Positions 27,760 to 38,391 are shown, counted from the stretch's first letter. The stretch is 64,000 nucleotides of DNA from Desulfobacteraceae bacterium (GCA_021372055.1 JAJFVB010000240.1:505-64504); one strand, 5' to 3'. Notes: a model not told the origin generated them from the letters alone. Made by a program: numbers and translations.

Positions 27760-28880
27760 ACATTCTCATCACATTGCCTTCCCTGGACGATCCGGGCGGG
27801 GTCGCGGGCTACTTCAGAGCCGTTCTGCCGAGGCTCCGGACGGAAAGCTGCAGGGTCGAGGTAATCGAGATCGGCAGCACGCAGTCCTGCGCGGGAGCGC
27901 TCCATCCGCTTCTGGACCCATTGCGCCTTTTCCTGAGGCTGATCCGGGGGGAAACGGATCTGCTGCACGTAAACCCGTCGATGAACTTCAGGAGTTTTTT
28001 CCGCGACTCCATATTTGTCCTGATCGCCGCCCTGCTCCGCATTCCGGTGCTGGTTTTTTTTCACGGCTGGGACGAAAAGTTCGCAAATCGCGTCGACCAT
28101 GGGTTCCGCCGGTTTTTTCGAACGACATACGGCCGGGCCGGAGGTTTCATCGTCCTGGCGCGAGACGTGAAAGAACAGCTCAGGATGTGGCGGATCACCG
28201 CGCCGATTCACCTTGCGACCACAGCCGTCGAGGACCTTGGCGACGGACAATGCGCGCCGGATTTTGCTTCAGGCGGGTCGAAAGGCGAGGCCAGGCCGCT
28301 TCGGGTCCTGTTTCTGTCGCGGATAGTCAGGGAAAAGGGAATTTTCGAAGCCATAGACGCATGTGGCCTGCTCTCCTCGCGGTCCGTTCCCGTGCTCCTG
28401 ACCATCGCTGGAGAAGGGCCCGAACTCGATGAAGCACGGAATTACGCCCGCCTGCGGTTGGGCGCGAATGCGCGTTTCACCGGTTATGTTACGGGCAGCG
28501 CCAAGACCGAGGTCTTCGCCAACTCCGACGTTTACCTTTTCCCCAGTTATACCGAAGGGATGCCGGTTTCGGTGCTCGAGGCCATGGCCATGGGACTGCC
28601 CGTTATCGCAAGGCGCGTCGGCGGCCTGAAAGATTTCTTCGATCACGGGAAAATGGGATTCATAACCGACAGCATGGACCCACAGGTTTTTGCCGAATAT
28701 CTGCAAATCCTCGCGGAGGATAAACGGCTTCGAGAGGAAATGTCCCGGTATAACGCCGAGTATGCGAGGAAGCATTTTTTCGCCTCCAGGGCGTCGGCAG
28801 CCTTGCGCGAGATCTACACGACCCTGGCTCGGGGAACCGGCAAGCCGGGACAGGCCCGGCCCAGATCGGAGCTCCCATAG
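27756..28880 (+). CDS. Glycosyltransferase, GT4 family
   Basis: FPSYTEGMPVSVLEAMAMGLPVIARRVGG motif. ATGA-type overlap with the upstream gene. Confidence 0.85.
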   Translation: MNILITLPSLDDPGGVAGYFRAVLPRLRTESCRVEVIEIGSTQSCAGALHPLLDPLRLFLRLIRGETDLLHVNPSMNFRSFFRDSIFVLIAALLRIPVLVFFHGWDEKFANRVDHGFRRFFRTTYGRAGGFIVLARDVKEQLRMWRITAPIHLATTAVEDLGDGQCAPDFASGGSKGEARPLRVLFLSRIVREKGIFEAIDACGLLSSRSVPVLLTIAGEGPELDEARNYARLRLGANARFTGYVTGSAKTEVFANSDVYLFPSYTEGMPVSVLEAMAMGLPVIARRVGGLKDFFDHGKMGFITDSMDPQVFAEYLQILAEDKRLREEMSRYNAEYARKHFFASRASAALREIYTTLARGTGKPGQARPRSELP

Positions 28881-30745
28881 TGTGCGGCATCGCTGGATTC
28901 ATAACGAAAGAACCTTTGCCCGACATCGAAGGAGTCCTCTCGCGGATGACATCGGCCATACTCCACCGCGGACCGGACGATGAGGGGTATTTCACCGGCG
29001 GGACGCGGGACGGGCAATACTCGATCGGGCTCGGGCACCGGAGGCTTTCCATCATAGACCTTTCCGGCGGAAAGCAGCCCATCTCAAACGAGGCCGGGAC
29101 GATCCAAATCGTTTTCAACGGGGAGATATACAATTTTCCCGACCTCAGGCGCGATCTGGCCGCCGCCGGCCACACTTTCAGCACGGCCTCGGATACCGAG
29201 ACCATCGTTCACGCCTACGAGGAATACGGCGATGCCTGCGTCGAGCGGCTTCACGGCATGTTCGCCTTCGCGCTGTGGGACGCAAACAGCGACCGGCTCC
29301 TCCTTGCCCGCGATCGGTTCGGCAAAAAGCCGCTTTATCTCTACAGCCGTAACGGAACCACGGCGTTCGTTTCGGAAATAAAGGCACTCTTCCCCTTTCC
29401 CGGAATCCGCTTCGACGTGGATTACAGCGCTGTTTTCGAATACTTCGCATTCAGATATGTTCCGGGCCCCGGAACCCTTTTTTCCACCGTCCGGAAACTC
29501 ATGCCGGGAACCTGCGCGGTCTGGGAAAAGGGGCGGCTCAGGCATTTTTCCTACTATTCCCCACCGGACGGGCTCCCGAGGGCGGACGGACCAACACCGC
29601 CGGATACGGTTGAAACCTTTTCCTCCCTGCTCGATAAAGCGGTCAGGGTCCGTATGGTCAGCGACGTTCCTTACGGGGCATTCCTTTCCGGAGGAATCGA
29701 TTCCTCCGCCGTGGTCGCGCTCATGACCCGCCACAGCTCTTGTCCCGTCAAAACGTTCTCGGTCGGGTTCGCACAGAGAGAATACAGCGAACTGCATCAT
29801 GCGCGCACGATCGCGGATGCGTTTCGAACCGAACACCACGAATTGATCATCACCGAACGGCAGATTATGGACACTCTGCCCTCGCTCATCGGCTATCGCG
29901 ACGCGCCGGTTGCCGAACCATCCGATATTCCAATCTATTTTCTTGCACGGGAAGCCTCGCGCACGGTCAAGATGGTTCTTACCGGCGAAGGCGGTGACGA
30001 AATCCTCGGGGGATACCCCAAGAGTGTTTTCGAGCAGCATGCAAATCTCTTCTCGCCTCTGGCCCATTCGGTGAATTTCCTGATTCGGCCCCTGATCGAT
30101 GCCCTGCCCTACTCTTTTCGCCGCATCAAGACGGCCGTTCGCTGTCTTGGAATTGCAGACCGCCAGGAGAGGTTGATCCGCTGGTTCGGAGCGCTCGACA
30201 ACCGGGAGCGCGAAGCTCTCGTCACCGTTCCGGCTCCTCAAACCCGTCCCGAATATGGTCGGTGGAACCGGCGGAACAGCCCTTTGCGGCAGATGCTCTT
30301 TTTCGATCAGCAATACTGGCTGCCGGATAACCTGCTCGAGCGCGGCGACCGCATGACGATGGCCGCTTCCATCGAGGCCCGCATGCCGCTACTCGACCAC
30401 GAACTTGCGGCCTTTGTATCCGCTCTTCCCGATGCTTTCCGCGTAAGGGGCAGGCAAACAAAGTGGATCCTGCGGCAGGCGGTGGCGTCGCTTTTGCCTC
30501 CATCGATTCCGGCGCGGCCCAAAGTCGGGTTTCGCGTGCCGGTAAACGAATGGTTCCGGGGACCGATGCGTGAGTATCTCCACGATCACCTGAGCGGCCC
30601 CGGTTCTCTGACGAACCGGTTCTATCACCGCGCCGAGCTTGACCGCATCCTGGTGGAACACGACTCGGGCAGGCAGAATCACGAAAAGCTCCTGTGGACG
30701 CTTCTCAACCTGGAGATCTGGTTCAGGCTCAATGTACGGCAATGA
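28880..30745 (+). CDS. Asparagine synthase (glutamine-hydrolysing)-like amidotransferase, EPS/exosortase-locus type
   Basis: (M)CGIAGF Ntn-amidotransferase start with Cys2. HRGPDD. PP-loop SGGIDSS. 621 aa. The GTG start overlaps the upstream stop. Confidence 0.9.
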   Translation: MCGIAGFITKEPLPDIEGVLSRMTSAILHRGPDDEGYFTGGTRDGQYSIGLGHRRLSIIDLSGGKQPISNEAGTIQIVFNGEIYNFPDLRRDLAAAGHTFSTASDTETIVHAYEEYGDACVERLHGMFAFALWDANSDRLLLARDRFGKKPLYLYSRNGTTAFVSEIKALFPFPGIRFDVDYSAVFEYFAFRYVPGPGTLFSTVRKLMPGTCAVWEKGRLRHFSYYSPPDGLPRADGPTPPDTVETFSSLLDKAVRVRMVSDVPYGAFLSGGIDSSAVVALMTRHSSCPVKTFSVGFAQREYSELHHARTIADAFRTEHHELIITERQIMDTLPSLIGYRDAPVAEPSDIPIYFLAREASRTVKMVLTGEGGDEILGGYPKSVFEQHANLFSPLAHSVNFLIRPLIDALPYSFRRIKTAVRCLGIADRQERLIRWFGALDNREREALVTVPAPQTRPEYGRWNRRNSPLRQMLFFDQQYWLPDNLLERGDRMTMAASIEARMPLLDHELAAFVSALPDAFRVRGRQTKWILRQAVASLLPPSIPARPKVGFRVPVNEWFRGPMREYLHDHLSGPGSLTNRFYHRAELDRILVEHDSGRQNHEKLLWTLLNLEIWFRLNVRQ

Positions 30746-30764
30746 ACGGCAGAACTCGGGGAAA

Positions 30765-32819
30765 ATGCTCGAAGAGGCTCCGGAAGATGAACAGATGAGA
30801 TTCGGAAAAATCATCGAAAAAGCCGGATGGTACCTTGCGAGGCTGCAACTCATGTCCTTGCCGGAGGTTTTTTTCCGGATTCGCAGGGCGATATCGAACC
30901 GGTTGGAGCGCGCGCCCTTCCGGCCCGCCCTCGTTCCTCCCGCCCCGGACCTGCGCCTTCTGCCTTCGGCAATGCTCATCCCGGATCCGTCGGGCATCGA
31001 TCCGGCGCCATACATCGCATGCGCAGACGATATCGTCCGGGGACGGCTGGGGATTTTCGAGAAGACCTTCACCCTCGACGGCCCCTGTCCCGAATGGAAC
31101 CGGGATCCCCTCACGGGGCTCAGAGCGCCTCTTTGCCACGGGAAGAGCCTCGACTACCGGAACCCCGACCGGGTAGGCAACATCAAGTACCTGTGGGAAC
31201 TGAACCGCCACACGCATCTGGTGACGCTCGCGCAGGCATACAGGCTTACCGGCGGCTCGCGGTACCTCGCGACCCTGTCGGCGCACCTGCGGTCCTGGCT
31301 CGATCAGTGCCCGTATCCGCTTGGCCCGAACTGGAGCAGTTCTTTGGAGCTTGGGCTCCGTATCATCAACTGGTGCTTCGTCTGGCACCTCGCAGGGGGC
31401 GAGCGCTCCGAACTCTTTTCCGGGGAAGAAGGCCGGAGGCTGCGAAACGATTGGCTCAATTCAATTTATCTGCACGCCCGCTTCATTGCCGGGTATCTGT
31501 CTCTCTACTCTTCGGCCAACAATCATCTCATTGGCGAAGCCGCAGGATTGTTCGTCGCGGGAACCGTCTGGCCTCTCTGGAAGGCTTCGGAGCCGTGGCG
31601 GGAGATGGGCGGCCGGATTCTTATATCCGAGGCCCGGGCCCAGAACTGGCCGGACGGGGTGAACAAGGAGCAGGCGGTCGCCTACCAGCATTACGAAACC
31701 GACCTTTTGCTGATATCCGCTCTGATTGGCAAGGCGCATTCCTTCAGCTTCCCCGGGAATTACCGGGACGTCATCGAAAAGATGCTCGAGTATTTCGCAT
31801 CCATAATGGACGTTTCCGGCAACATTCCGATGTTTGGAGACTCGGATGACGCCATTGTCGTCCGCTTGTCCCGGGAAAAGGATTTCTGCGTCTACCGATC
31901 CCTGCTCTCAACCGGGGCCGTGCTGTACAACCGGGCGGACTTCCGCGCAAAGGCCGGCCGGTTGGACGACAAGACGCGGTGGCTGCTCGGGTGCGGGGCG
32001 GAACCGCAGTCCGGCGGCGAGAACGCGGATTCCGCGGTTCTGCCCGTCAGGCGGGATTTTTCGAGCGGCGGCTACTACATCCTGGGCGCGGACTTCGAGA
32101 CGCCGGAGGAAATCCGCCTGATCGCGGACGCCGGTCCATTGGGCTACCTCTCAATCGCGGCGCACGGCCATGCGGACGCACTCTCCTTCGCGCTTTTCGC
32201 CGGAGGGAAAGAATTCCTCGTCGATCCGGGAACATACGCATTTCACACGAATAAGGCGTGGCGAGATTACTTTCGCGGCACGTCCGCTCACAACACCGTG
32301 CGGATAGACGGCCGGGACCAGTCCGTCATCGGCGGGAACTTCATGTGGCTGCGCAAGGCGAATGCGCGCTGCTACAGGTGGGAATCCGGAGACGCCCTGG
32401 ACCGCTTCGGAGGGGTACACGACGGATATTCGAGGCTTCCCGACCCGGTCGTGCATTACCGAGAAATCGAACTGCACAAAGACGAACGGCTAATTGTCGT
32501 GACAGACATTCTGCAGTGTACCGGGCATCACAGGGTTGAGCAGTTCTGGCATTTTCCCGAATCGTGTTCCGTTGCGGCGGACGAGACCGGGATCGTGGCC
32601 GAAAACGGGGGCATCGTGCTTGCACTCAGGCCCAAGCATGCCCGTCCGGACATCGAAGTGCTCCGGGGTTCCTATTCACCCATCGGCGGATGGGTATCCC
32701 GAAAGCTGGATGTGAAGGTCCCGGCGACAACGGTTGTCTTTCGCTCCGCTATCGACGGTCTCACGCGGCTTGATGTCGAACTGGATCTCTCATTCTCAAA
32801 ATCAAAGGCAAAAAGGTGA
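30765..32819 (+). CDS. Heparinase II/III-like protein without signal peptide (cytoplasmic paralogue)
   Basis: NWSSSLELGLRIINW, NNHLIGEAAGL and AAHGHADALSF...DPGTYAF...AHNTV motifs are typical of the Hepar_II_III_N plus Hepar_II_III architecture. The start is uncertain (30732, 30765 or 30795). No hydrophobic N-terminus. Confidence 0.75.
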   Translation: MLEEAPEDEQMRFGKIIEKAGWYLARLQLMSLPEVFFRIRRAISNRLERAPFRPALVPPAPDLRLLPSAMLIPDPSGIDPAPYIACADDIVRGRLGIFEKTFTLDGPCPEWNRDPLTGLRAPLCHGKSLDYRNPDRVGNIKYLWELNRHTHLVTLAQAYRLTGGSRYLATLSAHLRSWLDQCPYPLGPNWSSSLELGLRIINWCFVWHLAGGERSELFSGEEGRRLRNDWLNSIYLHARFIAGYLSLYSSANNHLIGEAAGLFVAGTVWPLWKASEPWREMGGRILISEARAQNWPDGVNKEQAVAYQHYETDLLLISALIGKAHSFSFPGNYRDVIEKMLEYFASIMDVSGNIPMFGDSDDAIVVRLSREKDFCVYRSLLSTGAVLYNRADFRAKAGRLDDKTRWLLGCGAEPQSGGENADSAVLPVRRDFSSGGYYILGADFETPEEIRLIADAGPLGYLSIAAHGHADALSFALFAGGKEFLVDPGTYAFHTNKAWRDYFRGTSAHNTVRIDGRDQSVIGGNFMWLRKANARCYRWESGDALDRFGGVHDGYSRLPDPVVHYREIELHKDERLIVVTDILQCTGHHRVEQFWHFPESCSVAADETGIVAENGGIVLALRPKHARPDIEVLRGSYSPIGGWVSRKLDVKVPATTVVFRSAIDGLTRLDVELDLSFSKSKAKR

Positions 32820-34132
32820 GAATAAGCATTTTTGGATTAGGCTACGTGGGCGCGGTATCCGCCGGTTGCTGGGCCGATTTCGGCCACGACGTAACGGGAG
32901 TCGACCCCTCTCTTATAAAGGTCGAAGCGATCAACCAAGGGCGAAGCCCCGTGATCGAAAAAGGGCTCGAATCGCTCATTGAAAAGGCGGTCCGCTCATC
33001 GCGCCTCCGGGCAATCCCCGATGCGGCGGAAGCCGTCCGAAATTCGGACATCTCCTTTATCTGCGTCGGCACACCAAGTCAGCACAACGGCGGAATGGAC
33101 CTGAAACACATAAAACAGGTCAGCGAGGAAATCGGGGCGGCCCTCTCGGACAAGTCCACCGAGCATCTCGTGGTGCTCAGGAGCACGGCTTTTCCCGGAA
33201 CGATGAGGGACATCGTCATACCCGCTCTGGAAGCAGGTTCGGGCAGGCGGGTGGGCGAAGGCTTCGGCGTATGCGGCAATCCCGAGTTCCTCAGGGAAGG
33301 CACGGCGATTCACGATTTCCACCATCCCCCCAAAACGGTCATCGGAGAACTCGACGCCGCGAGCGGCGACAAGCTGGCCGCCCTCTACGGGGACATCCCC
33401 GCGCCGCTTATCAGGACAAGCCTTGAGACCGCGGAAATGATCAAGTATGTCGACAACATCTGGCACGCTCTCAAGATCACCTACGCAAACGAAATAGGAA
33501 GCATCTGCAAAACGCTCGGGCTCGACGGCCAGGAGGTGATGAACATTTTCTGCCGGGACGAAAAGCTCAATATCTCCCCTGCCTACCTCAAGCCCGGTTT
33601 CGCGTTCGGCGGCTCCTGCCTCCCGAAGGATCTGCGCGCGATGACGCACAACATACGGCGTATGGATCTCGATCTCCCGGTCATCAATTCCATCCTGCCG
33701 AGCAACGAGAGACAGATCGAGCGCGGACTGGATTTGATCTACTCCGGAGGCAGCAAACGGGTCGGCATCCTGGGACTCAGTTTCAAGTCCGGAACCGACG
33801 ACCTGCGCGAAAGTCCCATGGTGAGAGTAGCCGAGCAGCTCATCGGCAAGGGCTACGATCTGCGCATCTATGACCGCAACGTGAAGCTTGCCAGTATTTT
33901 CGGAGCCAACCGGGACTACATCCTCAACCGCATTCCTCACATTTCCAGGCTCATGGTAAACGAAATACAGGACATCCTCGACCATGCCGATGTAATCGTC
34001 ATCGGCAACAACGATCCGGAATTCGCCTGCGTGCGCGATACGGTGCAGGGCAACGGACGGGTCGTCATCGACTTTGTGCGAGCTTTTGAATGTCGGAGTG
34101 ATGGAATTGCATACAATGGAATCTGCTGGTAA
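32816..34132 (+). CDS. algD: GDP-mannose 6-dehydrogenase (AlgD-like)
   Basis: Collinear with my recollection of Pseudomonas AlgD from MRISIFGLGYVGAV through GFAFGGSCLPKD and LSFKxGTDDLRESP to the C-terminal GICW. 438 aa. Confidence 0.85.
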   Translation: MRISIFGLGYVGAVSAGCWADFGHDVTGVDPSLIKVEAINQGRSPVIEKGLESLIEKAVRSSRLRAIPDAAEAVRNSDISFICVGTPSQHNGGMDLKHIKQVSEEIGAALSDKSTEHLVVLRSTAFPGTMRDIVIPALEAGSGRRVGEGFGVCGNPEFLREGTAIHDFHHPPKTVIGELDAASGDKLAALYGDIPAPLIRTSLETAEMIKYVDNIWHALKITYANEIGSICKTLGLDGQEVMNIFCRDEKLNISPAYLKPGFAFGGSCLPKDLRAMTHNIRRMDLDLPVINSILPSNERQIERGLDLIYSGGSKRVGILGLSFKSGTDDLRESPMVRVAEQLIGKGYDLRIYDRNVKLASIFGANRDYILNRIPHISRLMVNEIQDILDHADVIVIGNNDPEFACVRDTVQGNGRVVIDFVRAFECRSDGIAYNGICW

Positions 34133-35321
34133 GTCAAAACGCGTCCTCATCATCGTGGAGAATTTGCCCGTTCCTTTTGACAGGCGGGTCTGGCAGGAGG
34201 CAACCACGCTCGGCAAAGCCGGCTACACTGTCTCGGTCATCTCGCCGGTCGGCAAGGGATTCGACAAGCTCTACGAGGAGATCGACGGAATTGCCGTCTA
34301 CCGCCACCCGCTTGCAACCGAGGCCAACGGCGCGGGCGGCTATGCGCGGGAGTACTCCTCCGCGCTTTTCCAGGAATTCGTGCTTTCCCGGAAAGTCCTT
34401 GCGGAGCGCGGTTTTGACGTGATCCAGGCGTGCAATCCGCCGGACACGATATTTCTTATCGGATTGTTCTATAAAGTTTTTTTCGGAAAGAAGTTCATTT
34501 TCGACCACCACGACATAAATCCGGAACTTTATCTGGCAAAATTCGGCCGCAAAGATCTGTTTTACATGCTGGTGCGGACTTTGGAAAAACTGACTTTCCT
34601 CACTGCGGACCTCTCGATAGCAACCAATATGTCATACCGGCAGGTAGCGATCGGGCGCGGGGGAATGCGCCCCGATAAGGTCGCGGTCGTGCGGAGCGGT
34701 CCGTCGCTCGAACGGTTGCAGCCGGTCGCATCCAATCCGCGCTGGAAGCAGGGGAAAGCATTTCTGGTCGGATACGTCGGCGTGATGGGCAAGCAGGAGG
34801 GCATCGACCACCTGTTGCGGGCGGCTCATTACATCGTGCGGGAACTCGGTAGAGAAGACATCCATTTTCTTCTCATCGGGAGCGGGACCGAATTTCAGTC
34901 GCTCGTTGCGATGAACCAAGACCTGGGACTCTCGAAATATGTCACCTTCACGGGCAGGGTGTCCGACGATCAGATGATTGAAGCGCTTTGTACATCCGAC
35001 GTGTGCGTCAACCCCGATGTGGCCAATGAGATGAATGACAAATCGACGATGAACAAGGTCATGGAATACATGGCTCTTGGAAAGCCCATCGTTCAGTACG
35101 ACCTGACCGAAGGAAGGTTTTCAGCAAGAGAGGCGTCTCTTTACGCCGAACGGAACAACACGCGGGATCTTGCGGATAAGATACTCTATCTGCTGGCGCA
35201 TCCGGAAGAGCGCGCGCGCATGGGCGCATTCGGTTTCAACAGGGTCCGCTCCGAGCTTCACTGGGGAATTGAAGCACCGAAGTATCTGGGTCTCTATGAA
35301 AAGCTTTTTCGATATGCATGA
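34116..35321 (+). CDS. Glycosyltransferase, GT4 family
   Basis: KRVLIIVENLPVPFDRRVWQEA N-terminus. NDKSTMNKVMEYMALGKPIV C-terminal motif. ATG 34116 or 34101; overlaps the algD-like stop. Confidence 0.85.
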   Translation: MESAGKSKRVLIIVENLPVPFDRRVWQEATTLGKAGYTVSVISPVGKGFDKLYEEIDGIAVYRHPLATEANGAGGYAREYSSALFQEFVLSRKVLAERGFDVIQACNPPDTIFLIGLFYKVFFGKKFIFDHHDINPELYLAKFGRKDLFYMLVRTLEKLTFLTADLSIATNMSYRQVAIGRGGMRPDKVAVVRSGPSLERLQPVASNPRWKQGKAFLVGYVGVMGKQEGIDHLLRAAHYIVRELGREDIHFLLIGSGTEFQSLVAMNQDLGLSKYVTFTGRVSDDQMIEALCTSDVCVNPDVANEMNDKSTMNKVMEYMALGKPIVQYDLTEGRFSAREASLYAERNNTRDLADKILYLLAHPEERARMGAFGFNRVRSELHWGIEAPKYLGLYEKLFRYA

Positions 35322-35435
35322 GAACCGGGGAAATTCATTTGGCTTTTCGAAGGATCCCGTGTACTAATCATGTCGATTATTAATATACAGGGTACAAATA
35401 GGTTTTGCCCTTAATAAAAATAAAGAGTCGACGGA

Positions 35436-36974
35436 ATGGCTATTGCACACAAAAAGCTTATTCTATCCCTGATTCTTCTCGGAGGGTGTTGGTTCTATTC
35501 TTTTTCCGGCGCAAATAGGACTCTTTTGACCAGATGGGACTCGGAGGACTATTCCTACTGTTATCTGGTTCCATTTGTGTTTCTTTTCCTTCTCCATGGG
35601 CTGCGGACCCGACTGCTCACGGCAGCCAAGGGTTCCCCCGCCGCCGGGTTTATCGGTCTTCTGCTCGCGGGATTCTTCTTCCTGGCGGGAGTTTTGGGAT
35701 CCGTTGAAACGATCGTCTATTTTGCGCTATGGCTCACTGTCGCATCCCTTTTCGCCCTTCTTTTCGGTTTGTCAGGCATCAGGATTCTCGCCTTTCCGCT
35801 CCTGATCCTGCTTTTTGCGATTCCTCCGCCCCAGTTCGTGGACGCGCAACTCACATTCCACCTGAAACTCGTTTCATCGGACATTGCCCTCAGATTTCTG
35901 CACCTGATCGGGATTTCGGCATACAGGGAAGGCAATATTATAGACCTCGGCATCACGAGGTTTCAGGTGGTCGAGGCCTGCAGCGGCCTGCGCTATCTTT
36001 TCCCGGCGGTGCTCATCGCCCTGCTTACCGGCTACTTTTTCAACAAGATGCGCTGGCAACGCTGCGCACTGGTCCTTTTCGCCGTTCCCGTGGCAATTTT
36101 GATCAATTCGTTTCGCATCGTGGCGCTTGCCGTTCTAACTATCCACGTCTCACCGGCTTTTGCCGAGGAAGGATTCCTTCACGATTTCTCGGGCTGGTTT
36201 ATATTCCTGATAACGGCTGCCCTGATAACCGGACTGAGCACCCTTCTTCGCACGACCGGAGGCGGGGAGGATGAGGGAACGGTGGACCGGCGGGAACAGG
36301 CACGGGAAACATCCGCGCCCCTCCACGCGGGACGGGCATGGGCATACCTCACGGTAGCCGCCGTGTTCTTTCTCCTGCTGCATTTTTCGGAAACGTATCT
36401 TTTGGCGCATCAGAGTGTCCCGCCACGAAACACATTTGCAGATTTTTCTTTGCAGATAGCGGATTGGAACGGGAAACGCGAATTTTTCTCAAAGGAGATT
36501 CTCGACTCATTGTGGGCCGACGATTATCTCGCCGCCAGTTTTTCCCGACAGGGATCCCCAGCGCACCTGAACCTTCTTGTTGCCTTCTATGCCAATCAAA
36601 CCACTTATCACACGGCCCATGCCCCTACTTCATGCCTCGTCGGGAGCGGCTGGGCCATTCATGCCAAGGGCGTGCTCCCGAGCGATCCGGGCTCCGGGAG
36701 GGACTTCCCCGTCCACCGGATGGTTCTGGAGAAAGCCGGTCAGACCATGCTTTCGAACTTCTGGTTTCAGCAGAGGGGGCGAATTATCACGGGCGAATTT
36801 GAAAACAAAGCCTTCCTGTTCTGGGACGCTGTGACAAAGAGAAGAACCGACGGCGCCCTCGTCCGGGTAGAGATGATGGTCGCGCCGAATGAATCGATCG
36901 AGGACGCTCAGAAAAAGATGAATCGCTTTACCTCGGAGCTTCGCGCTCATCTGAAAAACTATATCCCGGATTAA
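35436..36974 (+). CDS. Exosortase (EpsH/Xrt family) fused to a C-terminal EpsI-family domain
   Basis: Polytopic N-terminal half carries the exosortase catalytic signature: VVEACSGLRYLFP (Cys), NSFRIVALAV (Arg), HDFSGWFIF (His). The C-terminal ~200 aa follow one further TM helix, with HAPTSCLVGSGW as in EpsI proteins. AT-rich promoter-like DNA lies upstream. Confidence 0.9.
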   Translation: MAIAHKKLILSLILLGGCWFYSFSGANRTLLTRWDSEDYSYCYLVPFVFLFLLHGLRTRLLTAAKGSPAAGFIGLLLAGFFFLAGVLGSVETIVYFALWLTVASLFALLFGLSGIRILAFPLLILLFAIPPPQFVDAQLTFHLKLVSSDIALRFLHLIGISAYREGNIIDLGITRFQVVEACSGLRYLFPAVLIALLTGYFFNKMRWQRCALVLFAVPVAILINSFRIVALAVLTIHVSPAFAEEGFLHDFSGWFIFLITAALITGLSTLLRTTGGGEDEGTVDRREQARETSAPLHAGRAWAYLTVAAVFFLLLHFSETYLLAHQSVPPRNTFADFSLQIADWNGKREFFSKEILDSLWADDYLAASFSRQGSPAHLNLLVAFYANQTTYHTAHAPTSCLVGSGWAIHAKGVLPSDPGSGRDFPVHRMVLEKAGQTMLSNFWFQQRGRIITGEFENKAFLFWDAVTKRRTDGALVRVEMMVAPNESIEDAQKKMNRFTSELRAHLKNYIPD

Positions 36975-36996
36975 CAACCGGCAAGAAGAAGCATCG

Positions 36997-38391
36997 ATGT
37001 TTCAGCAGCAAGTTTTCATATTGAACATGATTTTGATGACGCTCGATTCCCTGTGTATCATCGGGGGAGGATATGCAGCGCATTTCCTGCGGTCTTACCA
37101 ATCCTACTGGTTATGGTCGATGGACGATTATGCGTTTTCACTTTCCATTCTATTCGTCATGTTTGCAAACAACGTCGTCATGGCCAAAGCCGGATTGTAC
37201 TCGGACGGGCGCATTCATTCATACTGGAAGCTCTGCTACGATATAACCTGCAGCGTCTTCTTCGATTTTCTGGCCCTCTCGGCCCTCGTATTTGTATTCC
37301 ACCACCTGGCGTACTCGAGAATTTTTCTGCTCTATTTTGCCGTTTTCTCATTGATTCTCATCCTGATAACACGGCTTTCCGTCACATATTACGTCAATAA
37401 CATTGCGGCAGGCAGTTTCAATACGAGAAGACTGCTTGTCATAGGCGACACAATCCGGGGACAGTACGTACTGGATGCACTCAACCGCCAGCTCAGCCTG
37501 GGGCACCGCATAGTCAGCTACCTCACCACAGAGGGACATAACGAGGAGTGCGCCGAAAGGCTTGCGCAGCTTCCACAGATACTAACCGAGCAGGAAATCG
37601 ACGAAGTCATCTTTGCGGTTCCGAAGGACAGGACGATAGACCTGTCGCCTCACCTGGCGCTCTGCTCACGCATGGGCATCTCGGTCCGGATTCTTCCCGC
37701 GCTCTGGTATCCCGACAGGTCGCCGCTACGAGTCGACCAATGCCAGGGCATTCCGTTTCTTACTCTGAACTTCAACAATTTCAATGCAACCGGCCAGCTC
37801 TATAAGAGGATCCTGGATTTGGCGGGAGCCGCGGTCGGAATCCTGATCATGTGCCTCCTGTATCCTTTCATCGCCATTGCCATCAAGCTCGACACAAAAG
37901 GCCCCGTGTTCTTCAGGCAGGACCGCATCGGCAAAAACGGCAGGGTATTCAAGCTCTACAAGTTCAGGTCGATGTACATGGATGCCGAAGAACGCAAGAA
38001 GGATCTCATGTACGCAAACGAGATGAAAGGCCCCATGTTCAAGCTTGCCAAGGATCCGCGCGTGACCAGGGTTGGACGGGTCATCCGGAAATTATCGCTC
38101 GACGAACTGCCGCAGTTCATCAATGTACTCAAAGGAGAAATGAGCATGGTCGGCACGCGGCCGCCGACGACAAGCGAAGTGAAGCAATACGAACTCAGCC
38201 ATTTCAAACGCATATCCTTCAAACCGGGCATAACGGGGCTGTGGCAGATTTCGGGGAGAAATGAAATATCGGATTTTGCCGAGATTGTCCGCCTGGACTG
38301 CCAGTACCTGGATAACTGGCGTTTTCGAGACGACTTGATCATACTCGCCCGTACGATTGTGGTTGTGCTCGCCCGGAAGGGCGCCTGGTAG
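36997..38391 (+). CDS. Priming undecaprenyl-phosphate sugar transferase (bacterial sugar transferase family, PEP-CTERM-locus type)
   Basis: Four to five N-terminal TM helices. C-terminal KRILDLAGAAVGILI ... PVFFRQDRIGKNGRVFKLYKFRSM ... DELPQFINVLKGEMSMVGTRP. Confidence 0.9.
   Translation: MFQQQVFILNMILMTLDSLCIIGGGYAAHFLRSYQSYWLWSMDDYAFSLSILFVMFANNVVMAKAGLYSDGRIHSYWKLCYDITCSVFFDFLALSALVFVFHHLAYSRIFLLYFAVFSLILILITRLSVTYYVNNIAAGSFNTRRLLVIGDTIRGQYVLDALNRQLSLGHRIVSYLTTEGHNEECAERLAQLPQILTEQEIDEVIFAVPKDRTIDLSPHLALCSRMGISVRILPALWYPDRSPLRVDQCQGIPFLTLNFNNFNATGQLYKRILDLAGAAVGILIMCLLYPFIAIAIKLDTKGPVFFRQDRIGKNGRVFKLYKFRSMYMDAEERKKDLMYANEMKGPMFKLAKDPRVTRVGRVIRKLSLDELPQFINVLKGEMSMVGTRPPTTSEVKQYELSHFKRISFKPGITGLWQISGRNEISDFAEIVRLDCQYLDNWRFRDDLIILARTIVVVLARKGAW

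Noticed and set aside
30639-30764. N-terminal extension of the second heparinase-like ORF
   Set aside because: It overlaps the 3' end of the amidotransferase gene by more than 100 nt. Internal ATGs at 30765 and 30795 give a sensible start just after the upstream stop.
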